Source of the DNA: a virus | Lineage: Duplodnaviria > Heunggongvirae > Uroviricota > Caudoviricetes | Length of the DNA: 64,000 nucleotides | Direction: 5' to 3' (one strand) | IMG/VR virus record: IMGVR_UViG_2700989044_000001 | Coordinates: 11,683-75,682 of that record | Shown here: piece by piece, positions 9,880 to 19,428 of the stretch | How the letters are laid out: every line of letters starts with the position of its first letter | Numbering within the stretch: position 1 is the stretch's first letter | Notes under the pieces: generated by a model | The model's input: the letters and a program-made list of their open reading frames with translations, nothing else | Database searches by the model: none | Told to the model about the DNA's origin: nothing | Translations under genes and position numbers: made by a program

Positions 9880-10410
9880 GTGGCAATTATGGAACAAGTT
9901 ATTGATTTAATCATACCGTTCATTGCTTTAGCTTTTCTTAGTGTGATGATTGATAAGTTCACTTTGTTTTTAGAGCAAATTGTTCATAAAATCCCACACT
10001 TCCCAGATTACTTTGAATGGTATACCGCTTATGCTGTAGTATTAATTATAAGTACTATGGTTTGTTGGCAGGGTGATTTTAGATTTTTTGACTATTTAAA
10101 TCTTTATTTCCCTGTTTGGTTAGATTATTTTATGAGTGGTTTAGTTATTAGTGGAGGAAGTGCATTTGTTAGAACTCAATTCAGTATGATAGAAGCAATC
10201 CCTTCTACTGTTACTGGCATAGCATCTTCATTTACTAGACTTTTACCAGGTAGAAAAGATAGCAATGTAGATCAATCAAATAACAATTCAACTGCTCCTA
10301 ATAAAAATAGCCAACCTAATGTAACTCCAAACTATACTGAGGAAGAGTATTATCCTCCAGCAACTGAAGAAATAGATACTAACTCAAATCGTTATACTGA
10401 TGATATTTAA
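9880..10410 (+). CDS. membrane protein (holin-like, 3-4 TM segments)
   Basis: Hydrophobic helices, follows lysin genes; RBS AAGAGAGGTGG. Confidence 0.5.
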   Translation: MAIMEQVIDLIIPFIALAFLSVMIDKFTLFLEQIVHKIPHFPDYFEWYTAYAVVLIISTMVCWQGDFRFFDYLNLYFPVWLDYFMSGLVISGGSAFVRTQFSMIEAIPSTVTGIASSFTRLLPGRKDSNVDQSNNNSTAPNKNSQPNVTPNYTEEEYYPPATEEIDTNSNRYTDDI

Positions 10411-10426
10411 ATAAAAGGAGGGAAAA

Positions 10427-10786
10427 ATGATGAATGAATTATTATCTTCAATTTTAAGTGATCTTTTAATTCTTGTAACTACAGTTGGTGCAAGCTATTT
10501 AGTATTATTCCTTAAAAATAAACTTGGTGTTGAAAAGTTAAAGAAAATTCAACAAGAATCTGAATTATTAAGAGAAGTGGTTGAAGCTGGTGTTAGATAT
10601 GCAGAACAACGTTTTAGTAGTGGTGAGAAATTAGATGAAGCTGCTAAATGGATTTCTGAAAGACTTGGCGAAAAAGGAATTAACGCTACTCCTGAAGAAA
10701 TTAACGGTTTAATTGAGTCTACTGTACGTCGTTTTAAAGATGAATTTGGTAATGAATGGGCAAACGCAGTAAAAGATGAAAAATAA
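10427..10786 (+). CDS. holin-like protein (single N-terminal TM, LL-H holin-like architecture)
   Basis: N-terminal TM helix followed by charged C-terminus; RBS AAAGGAGGG; adjacent to lysins. Confidence 0.45.
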   Translation: MMNELLSSILSDLLILVTTVGASYLVLFLKNKLGVEKLKKIQQESELLREVVEAGVRYAEQRFSSGEKLDEAAKWISERLGEKGINATPEEINGLIESTVRRFKDEFGNEWANAVKDEK

Positions 10787-10792
10787 TTTCAA

Positions 10793-10820
10793 AGAGAGCT
10801 TATTGCTCTCTTTTTTTATT
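10793..10820 (+). terminator. rho-independent terminator
   Basis: AGAGAGC-TTATT-GCTCTCT stem followed by T7. Confidence 0.75.
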
Positions 10821-11083
10821 TCCAATAAAACGGCGCGTTTTGAATTATCTTTTCAAAAAAATATAAAAAAAATTTTCTAAAACTGTTATATAAAATGCAA
10901 CTATCTGTATTTTTAACATGAGAGAACAACATGAGAACGTCGAATACGCTTGTTCAACAAACTAGGATTTTGTGTACTGCACTCATAACCCCCTATTTAT
11001 TTCCTAGTAAGCTGCAAGTTATTTCCGAGTCTCAAAGAAAACAATTTGATTTTCTCTCGATAACACTCGGAGGTGTATTTAAC

Positions 11084-11581
11084 ATGGCAGGTGGATTCAA
11101 AAATTTCGGTCCTACGTACAACTCAACTCCATATGTACGTTTAGGATATGAGGGCATTCTTAACGGTGCTCATGATATAGATGTTGCAGGTTTAAACGGT
11201 GTAGAACAATTAGCGGGTAAATTCGCTACTATTGGTGCTAATGGTGTTAAATTAGCAGGAGACAATGGTACTAATGCAGTAGGTCTTTTCCGTGAAGACT
11301 TAGGCGATATGGTTAATGCTTCTGAAAAAGCTTCCTTCTATTTCCGTGGTGGAGAATACTACGTAAACATTTCACGTACTTCTTTAACAGCTGCTGGTAT
11401 TGCTGCTGGCGACGAAATTACTTGTGATGCTGATGGTAAAATGATTAAATTCACTGGTACTGGTAAAGCTCTAGGTGTTGTAACACACGTTGGCGAATAT
11501 CGCGCTGGTAACATGTACGAAAAAGCTACTCAAGGTGTAACTGATACAGATACGTTTATCGGTTTCATCATGTACGTTTAA
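11084..11581 (+). CDS. head structural protein (decoration-like), highly expressed codon usage
   Basis: ATG after GGAGGTG RBS (ORF-track start 10931 is an extension); Gly/Ala-rich; codon usage shifts to cgt/ggt/gct as in the capsid gene. Confidence 0.45.
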   Translation: MAGGFKNFGPTYNSTPYVRLGYEGILNGAHDIDVAGLNGVEQLAGKFATIGANGVKLAGDNGTNAVGLFREDLGDMVNASEKASFYFRGGEYYVNISRTSLTAAGIAAGDEITCDADGKMIKFTGTGKALGVVTHVGEYRAGNMYEKATQGVTDTDTFIGFIMYV

Positions 11582-11606
11582 TAAGGGATAATAGGAGGTT
11601 AATATA

Positions 11607-12455
11607 ATGAGTCAATTATCAAATCAAGAAAAAGAATATTTAATTTCAAAAGCTCTTGAAACTGAAGAAGGCCGTGTAGCATTAGCTCAAGCAATGGCTA
11701 ACCCAATTCGTGTTTCTCTAGACTACCAAGGTGTAGGTCGTAAACTTTTAGTTGTTGACCCACTACCACAAGGCGCATTACCAGTTTACGATAAAGATGT
11801 TGACGCGAAAGCGTTCGTTATCTCTAAACGTGGTCAAGTACCTGATCAAGTTATCGAAGGTGACAGAATTCAAGTTCCAACTTTCGAAATCGTTTCTTAC
11901 CCACAAGTAAGATTCTCACAAGTTAAAGAGCGTCGTTTCAACGTTATTGACCGTGCTCAACAACGTGCTAAAGCTGATATCATGGCTGTTGAAGATGCTG
12001 AAATCTTCTCACTTTTAGAAGGTGCTGCTACAGCAGTTAACGCAGTTACTATCTCTTCTGGTGGTTTACAACGTGCAGCTTTAACTAAAGCTTTCCAAGA
12101 AGTAGAAAAACATGACTTAGTTGTTACTAAAATCGTTATGAACGCTTCTGCTTTCGCTGATATCCGTGCATGGGGACAAAACGAGTTCGACCCTGTAACT
12201 CAACACGAAGTATTACAAACTGGTTTATTCGGACACATCTGGACTGCAGATATCTTAATCTCTAAGAAAGTTCCTCAAAACACAGTTTATGTACTTGCTG
12301 ATCCTGAATTCGTAGGTGTTATGCCTATCCGTCAAGATATTCAAGTAATTCCAGCTGACAAGCCCGAAGAATTACGTCTCGGCTGGGTAATTTACGAAGA
12401 ATTGGGCCTTGCGGTAGTTAACTCTTTAGCAATTGCTAAAATTTCAATCCAATAA
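11607..12455 (+). CDS. major capsid protein (HK97 fold)
   Basis: 282 aa; capsid-like sequence; strong RBS TAGGAGG; high-expression codon bias; strong terminator downstream. Confidence 0.6.
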   Translation: MSQLSNQEKEYLISKALETEEGRVALAQAMANPIRVSLDYQGVGRKLLVVDPLPQGALPVYDKDVDAKAFVISKRGQVPDQVIEGDRIQVPTFEIVSYPQVRFSQVKERRFNVIDRAQQRAKADIMAVEDAEIFSLLEGAATAVNAVTISSGGLQRAALTKAFQEVEKHDLVVTKIVMNASAFADIRAWGQNEFDPVTQHEVLQTGLFGHIWTADILISKKVPQNTVYVLADPEFVGVMPIRQDIQVIPADKPEELRLGWVIYEELGLAVVNSLAIAKISIQ

Positions 12456-12483
12456 TATAAATTCAATTTATATATATAAATGA

Positions 12484-12510
12484 AAAGGACCTCTTAAAGG
12501 TCCTTTTTTT
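12484..12510 (+). terminator. rho-independent terminator
   Basis: AAGGACCTC-TTAA-AGGTCCTT followed by T7. Confidence 0.8.
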
Positions 12511-12566
12511 CTTGTTAAAGATTATCAACTTTCTTCATTAGAATAGAATATACTCTAATAAAAGGA

Positions 12567-13508
12567 ATGATTAGTTTGAAATGTCCAGTTTGCAATAAAG
12601 ATTTTAAAAGTAATAGTTTAAAAAGGCATCTAGGTTTAATGAAAGATGAAAATCATAATACCTTGTACAATAAACAAAAAGAAATTGCAATAAATTTATT
12701 TTATAATGTAGATTTTAAACCTAATAGTAATATAGGAGATTTTGATTTACTCATCACTTATAAAGATTGTAAAGTTTTATGGATGGATACATTTAGTGAA
12801 TCTGAAAGAAAAGAGAGGTCAAATAGATTAAAAAGTGAAGTTAAACCTTGGAATAAAGGTTTAACAGTTAGAGATCATAGAGTTAGAGAAATGCAAAATA
12901 AAAGAAATGAAACAACTAGTAAAGTGTTAAGAGAAAAATATAAAAATGGAGAAATGGCTGCATGGACTAAGGGGTTGAAGAAAGAAAATAACAAAAAATT
13001 AAGAATTTTAAGCCAAAAAATTTCTAAAACTATGTCAGAAAGAGAACAAAACAATAGTCGTGGCATTTCAGGTATTAGAAAAGACATTGGTCACCATGCA
13101 GCAAGTACTTATGAGGCTAACATATATAGAATTTTACAATATCATAGTTCAAGTTATTTAAAAGAATTTGAAATTATAAAAAAATTAAAAAGAGATAATG
13201 GAACCTTAAAATATTATAGATTAGATATAAAAGATATTGATGGTGTTTTTGGTGTTAAAAATGCTTTTATAGAAGTAAAGGGATTTATGAAAGAAGAAGA
13301 TAGAGAAAAAATAAGATTATTTAAACAACAATATCCCAATGAAACATTAATGATTATTGGGAATGGTGATAAGAGGGAAAATTATTTTTGGGAGCCAGAT
13401 GTTAATTATTTAGAATTAGAAAAAAAATATAAGCCTTTAATACCGTTGTGGGAAGATAGAAAGCAAAACTTAAGAACAACACCCGAGTTGTATAAAGATA
13501 ATGAATAG
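12567..13508 (+). CDS. Lys-rich protein with N-terminal C2H2-like zinc finger (possible free-standing nuclease/mobile ORF)
   Basis: CPVCNKDF...LKRHLG finger; flanked on both sides by terminators; very AT-rich. Confidence 0.4.
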   Translation: MISLKCPVCNKDFKSNSLKRHLGLMKDENHNTLYNKQKEIAINLFYNVDFKPNSNIGDFDLLITYKDCKVLWMDTFSESERKERSNRLKSEVKPWNKGLTVRDHRVREMQNKRNETTSKVLREKYKNGEMAAWTKGLKKENNKKLRILSQKISKTMSEREQNNSRGISGIRKDIGHHAASTYEANIYRILQYHSSSYLKEFEIIKKLKRDNGTLKYYRLDIKDIDGVFGVKNAFIEVKGFMKEEDREKIRLFKQQYPNETLMIIGNGDKRENYFWEPDVNYLELEKKYKPLIPLWEDRKQNLRTTPELYKDNE

Positions 13509-13534
13509 AGGACTGTACAAGGTCCTTTTTTTTA
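13508..13534 (+). terminator. rho-independent terminator
   Basis: AGGAC-TGTACA-AGGTCCT hairpin followed by T8. Confidence 0.7.
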
Positions 13535-13629
13535 TTTGTTAATTAAAGTGGCTATAATGCATTAAATTAACAACGTAATATAAATAATATATATTTTATT
13601 ACAACAAAACATTGAAATGAGGAATTCAA

Positions 13630-13815
13630 GTGGGTATATCAATTATTATGGCAATTTTCGTTTTCTTCTTATTATTCTTATTATTTTCCGCACTTTATGC
13701 AGCTTCCAACATAAAACCGAATTGTCCGAATTGCAATAAAGAATTTACAGTAAGTAAAAAAGAATATGACTATCATGTTGAATATCGTTGTTCAAATTGT
13801 GGATATAAATACTAA
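13630..13815 (+). CDS. small membrane protein with C-terminal zinc ribbon
   Basis: TM helix then CPNC...CSNC. Confidence 0.4.
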   Translation: MGISIIMAIFVFFLLFLLFSALYAASNIKPNCPNCNKEFTVSKKEYDYHVEYRCSNCGYKY

Positions 13816-13825
13816 GAGTTAGAAG

Positions 13826-14158
13826 GTGATTAAGATATTAGATAAGTTTAATGAACATGTAGAATCCATATTAACTATGACTGCTTTATTAAATTATGAT
13901 ATTTATAATGAAAACATAAGTTATCATGCAAGTAAAGGTAAAATGCATGAAAAAACGTATAGAGTTATAAAAAATGAAATGCATATAGATAATTTCTTTC
14001 GATTGAGGTTTGATAGTAGCTCAATAGTTGAAATTTCACTGATGTATAAGAATAATGAAGGCTATTGGCAAACGAAAGATTTAATTAAAGCTCCCAATGA
14101 AGAAGAAGTAAAAAATATGCTCGATCTTTTAATCATTAACAATAATGAGGGGAATTGA
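13826..14158 (+). CDS. hypothetical protein
   Basis: ORF in array. Confidence 0.4.
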   Translation: MIKILDKFNEHVESILTMTALLNYDIYNENISYHASKGKMHEKTYRVIKNEMHIDNFFRLRFDSSSIVEISLMYKNNEGYWQTKDLIKAPNEEEVKNMLDLLIINNNEGN

Positions 14159-14163
14159 TAGTT

Positions 14164-14481
14164 ATGGGTATGAGTACGGCGATTTGTAAAAATGAAGTAG
14201 AGAGATTTGAGTTAGTGAAACAAAATTACAATGGTAACTTACCTAAATTTATTAAAGAAGTGCATATGAATCTTGAAATCCCAAAAGGTTTTAGTTATCA
14301 GCAATTGGATTATGGTTCAAAGGGTATGAGTTTGACAAAAAGAGAATTATTGAATATCTTTGAACATAATTTAAATTCAAAATATTTAATGCTGTGGCAA
14401 AAAGAGTATTGTGAAGAGATTATTGAATTTGTAAAAAACCATGAAGATAGAACATTTATGTTGGTGCGGTATGAAATCTAA
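14164..14481 (+). CDS. hypothetical protein
   Basis: ORF; ATG after GAGGGG. Confidence 0.4.
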   Translation: MGMSTAICKNEVERFELVKQNYNGNLPKFIKEVHMNLEIPKGFSYQQLDYGSKGMSLTKRELLNIFEHNLNSKYLMLWQKEYCEEIIEFVKNHEDRTFMLVRYEI

Positions 14482-14824
14482 TCAGCTGCGTATATATGAT
14501 GAACTTAAAGATTTAAAGAAAAGATTTGTTAAAGATAAAGCATGTCCTATTTGTGGAAATACAAATTTGCAAACAATGTGGTTGTTTTCTGATTCAATTT
14601 CTTGTCCTCATGGATGCATTGATATATATCTAACAAGTAAAATTTTTACTGTAGATAACATGTTGGAATCAATAAAAATATGTGTAGTTAGAATATTTAA
14701 AGAGAGTATAGCAATGAATAATGATGATAGTGAAATTGAGCAAGAAGCAATTGAGAAAGTACAAAAAATGATAGATTATTGGAAAGAGAATGATAGATAT
14801 TTAGTAGAAATTTTATCAAAGTAA
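14471..14824 (+). CDS. zinc-ribbon paralog A (C-terminal YWKENDRYL motif family)
   Basis: CPICGN...C motif and C-terminal IDYWKENDRYLVEILSK. Confidence 0.5.
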   Translation: MKSNQLRIYDELKDLKKRFVKDKACPICGNTNLQTMWLFSDSISCPHGCIDIYLTSKIFTVDNMLESIKICVVRIFKESIAMNNDDSEIEQEAIEKVQKMIDYWKENDRYLVEILSK

Positions 14825-14856
14825 AGATAAAGTAAATTAAAGTTAGGAGAATAGTA

Positions 14857-15009
14857 TGATTACATGGTCGGTTTTAATTGGTTTGATTTTAGCAGCAGTG
14901 GGGGTTGTGGGACTTTATAAAGAAAAAAGTTGGGGTAAATTAGTATTATTTTTCTCTATGGGTTGGTTTATTGGAGAACTCCTAGGTAGAATTCTATCAA
15001 TTCTATAGT
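14857..15009 (+). CDS. small membrane protein (50 aa)
   Basis: Not in ORF track; AGGAGAATAGT-ATG; two TM helices. Confidence 0.35.
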
Positions 15010-15060
15010 ATATAGTAAAGTTATTATCAAAATAAATAATTATGAGGAGCGTAAGTAGAT

Positions 15061-15417
15061 ATGGATAATCCAGTAAATATTGGCGAATTTGTAGCTGGTA
15101 ATTTAAGAGGTGAATTTTTTAAGGATAGTACATGCCCTATTTGTAATAGTAAAAAAGGCGTAACACGTATATCTCTTGGGTCAGCGCGTTACACTCTTAC
15201 TTGTGAAGATGAATGTGTTAGTGTTATATTTGATGAAATTTTAAATTCTGTTGGAGACAAAACAATAAAAACAACAGAACATACAGTTAAAATATTTGAT
15301 GAAAAAATAACTATAGTGAATTGCGAAGAGATTGAAGAAAAGAAAAAAGAAGCGTGGGAGAAAATAAACTATTTAAAAGAGAATGATAGATACTTAGCTA
15401 AGAAGTTAGCAAAATGA
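15061..15417 (+). CDS. zinc-ribbon paralog B (YLKENDRYLAK motif)
   Basis: CPICNS...C and C-terminal INYLKENDRYLAKKLAK. Confidence 0.5.
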   Translation: MDNPVNIGEFVAGNLRGEFFKDSTCPICNSKKGVTRISLGSARYTLTCEDECVSVIFDEILNSVGDKTIKTTEHTVKIFDEKITIVNCEEIEEKKKEAWEKINYLKENDRYLAKKLAK

Positions 15418-15426
15418 GGTCACTAT

Positions 15427-15750
15427 ATGAACATAACTGAATTAAGAGATAGATTTTGTAATGGAAGTAAGTGTCCTATTTGTAGTAATGAAGTTACTAT
15501 AGATTATAAATTGTATTTTAGAATTGTTTGTCCTAATAGATGCATTTATATTTCTTTAAAGAAAAGAGTTATGAGTATTGTTGATGATAAAGTATCATCG
15601 GAAGACTTTTATACAATCAGTATATTTGGAGAAAAATGTAGTAATGAAGTGTTTGTTGAAATAGACAAAACAATAGTGAAAAATGTACAAGATAAAATAA
15701 AATATTGGAAAGAGAATGATAGATACTTAGCGAAAATATTGTCAAAATGA
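15427..15750 (+). CDS. zinc-ribbon paralog C (YWKENDRYLAK motif)
   Basis: CPICSN...CPNRC and C-terminal IKYWKENDRYLAKILSK. Confidence 0.5.
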   Translation: MNITELRDRFCNGSKCPICSNEVTIDYKLYFRIVCPNRCIYISLKKRVMSIVDDKVSSEDFYTISIFGEKCSNEVFVEIDKTIVKNVQDKIKYWKENDRYLAKILSK

Positions 15751-15831
15751 ATTATTTGATTCACTTAAGTTATTAAATATTTGTAGTGATAATTCTACGC
15801 AAAATTAAAGATGATAGTTGGTGAGGTGCGA

Positions 15832-16141
15832 AATGGATAGAGTAAGTTTAAATGTAGAAAAGCAGATTCATTCAATGTTAAGACAATATTATGTTTATGA
15901 TACAATAAAAGTGCCCGCAAATATGAATACAGTGACTGTTAAGAGAAAAGAAAAATTAAATGTAAGGAAGAAAATCTTATCAATAATACCAATCTATGAT
16001 TATAAAGAATGGGAAGAAGAATTAAGCGATTGGGAGATTTATGATATTCTTACGATTTTTGATAAGACGATATCTGTCTCAGTATGTATAGATTGTATTG
16101 GTGAAAAAGTTTATTGGAAGTATTTAGTAGAAGAAAAATAG
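15832..16141 (+). CDS. hypothetical protein
   Basis: ATG after GGTGAGGTG. Confidence 0.4.
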
Positions 16142-16165
16142 GATAGAAGAGGAGCAGTTTTTGAG

Positions 16166-16444
16166 ATGGATTTAGTTTGTAGAGATGGCTTGTGTCCAAT
16201 TTGTGGAAAAGAAATGATAGATCGAAAACATGCATTTTCTTATGGCAAAGAAAAAAGATGCATAAATGGTTGCTATTCATGTTCATCATTTGGTAAAACC
16301 TTTTATGACTTTATTGAATGGATTAAAATATTTAATCTTTACTATGCGCCAAGCGCGAAAGAAGAAATCATTGAAGAAATTAGAAAGTTAAAAGAAAATG
16401 ATAATTATATTACAGAAATAATTAAAATGTCGAAGTCTGAATAG
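16166..16444 (+). CDS. zinc-ribbon paralog D (degenerate, LKENDNYITEII)
   Basis: CPICGK...C motif, C-terminal IRKLKENDNYITEI. Confidence 0.45.
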   Translation: MDLVCRDGLCPICGKEMIDRKHAFSYGKEKRCINGCYSCSSFGKTFYDFIEWIKIFNLYYAPSAKEEIIEEIRKLKENDNYITEIIKMSKSE

Positions 16445-16535
16445 TTATATGTACTACTGATTTTAATAATCAGTAGTATTTTTTTATGAAAAAATAGTAT
16501 TAATAAAAGAATGAAGTTAATAAAAGGAGAGTTTT

Positions 16536-17051
16536 ATGAAGAGATTAATTAAGAAAGCTTCGGTCTATGATGTTCCTGAGGAATTTTTATTTTATTGGTG
16601 TTCAAGTCCAAGTGATATAAAATATAATTATCCAGAATCTATAGAAAAGATAGCTAATGAAAATACAGATTGTATTTTTAGTGGTGATGCTTATAGATAT
16701 ATTGAGTTACCTAATTTCGAGTATCAAGATAAAGAAATAGATCAATTACTTAAAGAAGCATGGGATGAAGTACAAACAGTCGAGAAGTATAGTTCATTCG
16801 CTTCATCAAAAAGAGGCGTAGAGCATTTTATTACAACTGATTATAGAAGTTTTGGAATTATTATTGAAGCGAATGTTAGCGGGATTGATATAAAGAAACT
16901 AACAAATAAGTATCGCGATACTGTAGATGAACAAGTTTTCGAATACGCTGATACAGAAGATGAAATAGTGACTTTGGATGTTGTTGATTCTTGGGATATA
17001 GCTGCAATAGTTATTGAAGAAGAGGTAGAGTGGATTCAGAGTGATATTTAA
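16536..17051 (+). CDS. hypothetical acidic protein with MKRLIKK leader
   Basis: RBS AAAAGGAGAG; N-terminal MKRLIKKAS. Confidence 0.5.
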   Translation: MKRLIKKASVYDVPEEFLFYWCSSPSDIKYNYPESIEKIANENTDCIFSGDAYRYIELPNFEYQDKEIDQLLKEAWDEVQTVEKYSSFASSKRGVEHFITTDYRSFGIIIEANVSGIDIKKLTNKYRDTVDEQVFEYADTEDEIVTLDVVDSWDIAAIVIEEEVEWIQSDI

Positions 17052-17080
17052 GAAGGTATGATAAAATACCTTCTTTTTTG
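17052..17080 (+). terminator. rho-independent terminator
   Basis: GAAGGTAT-GATAAA-ATACCTTC followed by T6. Confidence 0.7.
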
Positions 17081-17156
17081 TTGGAATCACTTTTTGTTAA
17101 ATACAGTTGACTATTTAATTAATATATAACAACATAATAAAGAAGGAGGACATCAT

Positions 17157-18197
17157 ATGATAGAAGAAGATGATTTGCTTGATGATTATGAGTTTCTTTC
17201 AAATAGAGAGAAAATTACACAGCGTCAATTTGAGTATTTGGTCCACTTAGTTGATTACTTTGATTTAGGTATGCATGAAAGAATGCTTGTATTTAATTAT
17301 TTAATCGATAAACACAAGATGATAGCTCACTTAACGAAAAATGAAGCAACAATTATTATTTCGCATTTAGAGGATTTAAAGAAAAAGCATAAATATAGTG
17401 CCTCATTCGCAAGAAAAGTTTTACTAGATGAGGTAGAAAAAAAGGTAGGAACAAAGAAAGTAGAAAAAACAAATGAAAGTGTTAGTGGAGTTAGAGAAAC
17501 TGAAGAAACTAAAGTTGTTAATGAAAAGGAGAATTCTACAATGAAATTTAAAAACTTGTTCGGTGGAGAAATTGGTAAAGACAAATCTGGTATGTTTAAA
17601 ATGTCTGCTTTAGGTTTAGCGGTAAAAAATGAAGAAGGTAATTACGTTTGTTATAATGGATCTAATATGGTAGATGTTTTAGACATGACGGTAGATATGG
17701 ACAACATCGTGTATAAGATTCCAGTGCAAAAAGTTGAAAAAGGTGATCTTATTATGTCTAATGGAAAGCCTGTATACGTTAAAAAGGTTAATGGTAATGA
17801 GTTAACAGTGTTTAATCCTTTTAACAATCGAAAAGAAAGTTACATTCCGCAAACAAATTTATTTGGATTTAACTTCTTCATTAAAGTTGTCAGCTTATTT
17901 GATCTTAGTAAACCAACCGATGGAAGCCAAGGTATGACATTCAATCCTATGTTCTTAGCTTTCGCTGACCGTGAAGAAGGCGATAAAAACGATATGTCTG
18001 AAATAATGATGATGAGCATGATGATGCAAGGTGGAAATCAACAAAACAATCAATTTAACAATATGCTGCCATTTATGATGATGAGTAAGGGTGAAAATTC
18101 TAACTTAATGGAAATGATGATGATGCAACAAATGATGGGTGGTCAAGGTTTTAACTTTAACCCATTCAATCAACCAGTTGATAACAACGAACAATAA
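17157..18197 (+). CDS. hypothetical protein with Met/Gln/Asn-rich low-complexity C-terminus
   Basis: RBS GAAGGAGGA; C-terminal MMMSMMMQGGNQQNNQFNNM... region. Confidence 0.5.
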   Translation: MIEEDDLLDDYEFLSNREKITQRQFEYLVHLVDYFDLGMHERMLVFNYLIDKHKMIAHLTKNEATIIISHLEDLKKKHKYSASFARKVLLDEVEKKVGTKKVEKTNESVSGVRETEETKVVNEKENSTMKFKNLFGGEIGKDKSGMFKMSALGLAVKNEEGNYVCYNGSNMVDVLDMTVDMDNIVYKIPVQKVEKGDLIMSNGKPVYVKKVNGNELTVFNPFNNRKESYIPQTNLFGFNFFIKVVSLFDLSKPTDGSQGMTFNPMFLAFADREEGDKNDMSEIMMMSMMMQGGNQQNNQFNNMLPFMMMSKGENSNLMEMMMMQQMMGGQGFNFNPFNQPVDNNEQ

Positions 18198-18212
18198 TTT
18201 GATCATTGATTG

Positions 18213-18245
18213 TAGGCGCAGATAAAATCTGCGCCTTTATTTTAT
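18213..18245 (+). terminator. rho-independent terminator
   Basis: AGGCGCAGAT-AAA-ATCTGCGCCT followed by T-rich run. Confidence 0.8.
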
Positions 18246-18315
18246 TAGAGAATAGAAGAGTAAAAAAAAGATGCTATAATGATTATTATTTAATAAATGA
18301 AAGGTGGTTTTTGGA

Positions 18316-18573
18316 ATGAACAACGAACAACATAAAGATGTAGGTAAATACAATAAAGAAGTAAAAGGTAAAAAAGCTGTTTTAAAAGAAGAGGTTTTTT
18401 TCTACACAGGTTATCATCGTACTGAAAAAACTAAAAAGACTTTTAAAGCTGGTACAACTATTACTGCTGCGCATGAAGTTATTGGTACTGGTTTAACAAC
18501 ATTTGATTTTAAATGTAATAAACAAGTTTTCCAACATGTCTTACGTAAAGATAAATTTGAATATATAGATTAA
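18316..18573 (+). CDS. hypothetical protein
   Basis: ATG after AAAGGTGG. Confidence 0.4.
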   Translation: MNNEQHKDVGKYNKEVKGKKAVLKEEVFFYTGYHRTEKTKKTFKAGTTITAAHEVIGTGLTTFDFKCNKQVFQHVLRKDKFEYID

Positions 18574-18592
18574 GATGTTGGAGGTTTAACTC

Positions 18593-18952
18593 TTGGAAAA
18601 AATTAATGAGGAAATAGATTCTTTTTTAGTATTACTAATTTTAAGCGAGGAAGAAGAAAAGGAATTTTCAAAATATTACAAATACCACAATGATGTAAAC
18701 AGTTACTTGTATTTTTATTATGATTCACATGCTTTTTTAACTATTAAAAAATCAGTAGGGTTCTTCTTAAAAGAAAATAAATATATCATTGAGTTTAAAC
18801 CAACTCTGAATTTACATTTTGATGTTAATATAGGAAAATCACTAAAGTCTTTAGGTTTTGATCATTTGATAACTATGGAAAGAGGAATCATTTTCAACAC
18901 TCCCGAAGAATGTGTAGATTTTTTAAAGGAATTCCTTGAAAAAATGATATAA
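18593..18952 (+). CDS. hypothetical protein
   Basis: ORF after GGAGGT. Confidence 0.4.
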   Translation: MEKINEEIDSFLVLLILSEEEEKEFSKYYKYHNDVNSYLYFYYDSHAFLTIKKSVGFFLKENKYIIEFKPTLNLHFDVNIGKSLKSLGFDHLITMERGIIFNTPEECVDFLKEFLEKMI

Positions 18953-18969
18953 GAGAGGGGAAACGAATT

Positions 18970-19428
18970 ATGCCACATATGAAGTTTTTTCAACAAGTAG
19001 CAGATATACAAAATCATCTTGAAAAAGTAATTGATGCCTTTCATGAAGAGAAATTTTTCTTATTAGAAAGTTGGGGTATTGATAAATCTGAGAGAATAGC
19101 TAATATTCTAGAAGAAATAGAGGTTTGCAGATATATTATAGGTTGCCGATTAAGTATAGTAAGAAAGAATAATGTTAAAAAGCCTTCTTATGAAGCTGTT
19201 TCACGTTGTTTTAATCGCCATTTATATTTCTTAGAAAAAATCCATAGAGTCAAGCCAAATTCAAGATATCCTTCTTCTGATTATAGATATCATGTAACTA
19301 AAGAAGCAAAAGCATGTAAACATTATTTATTTAAATTCAGTTTACCAGCTTGGGTTGATAAGTTGCCTGAAGAAATATTAACTTATGAAAACAAATACCC
19401 TAATCATAAAGAAAGATGGGGAAGTTAG
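18970..19428 (+). CDS. hypothetical protein
   Basis: ORF after GAGAGGGGAAA. Confidence 0.4.
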   Translation: MPHMKFFQQVADIQNHLEKVIDAFHEEKFFLLESWGIDKSERIANILEEIEVCRYIIGCRLSIVRKNNVKKPSYEAVSRCFNRHLYFLEKIHRVKPNSRYPSSDYRYHVTKEAKACKHYLFKFSLPAWVDKLPEEILTYENKYPNHKERWGS

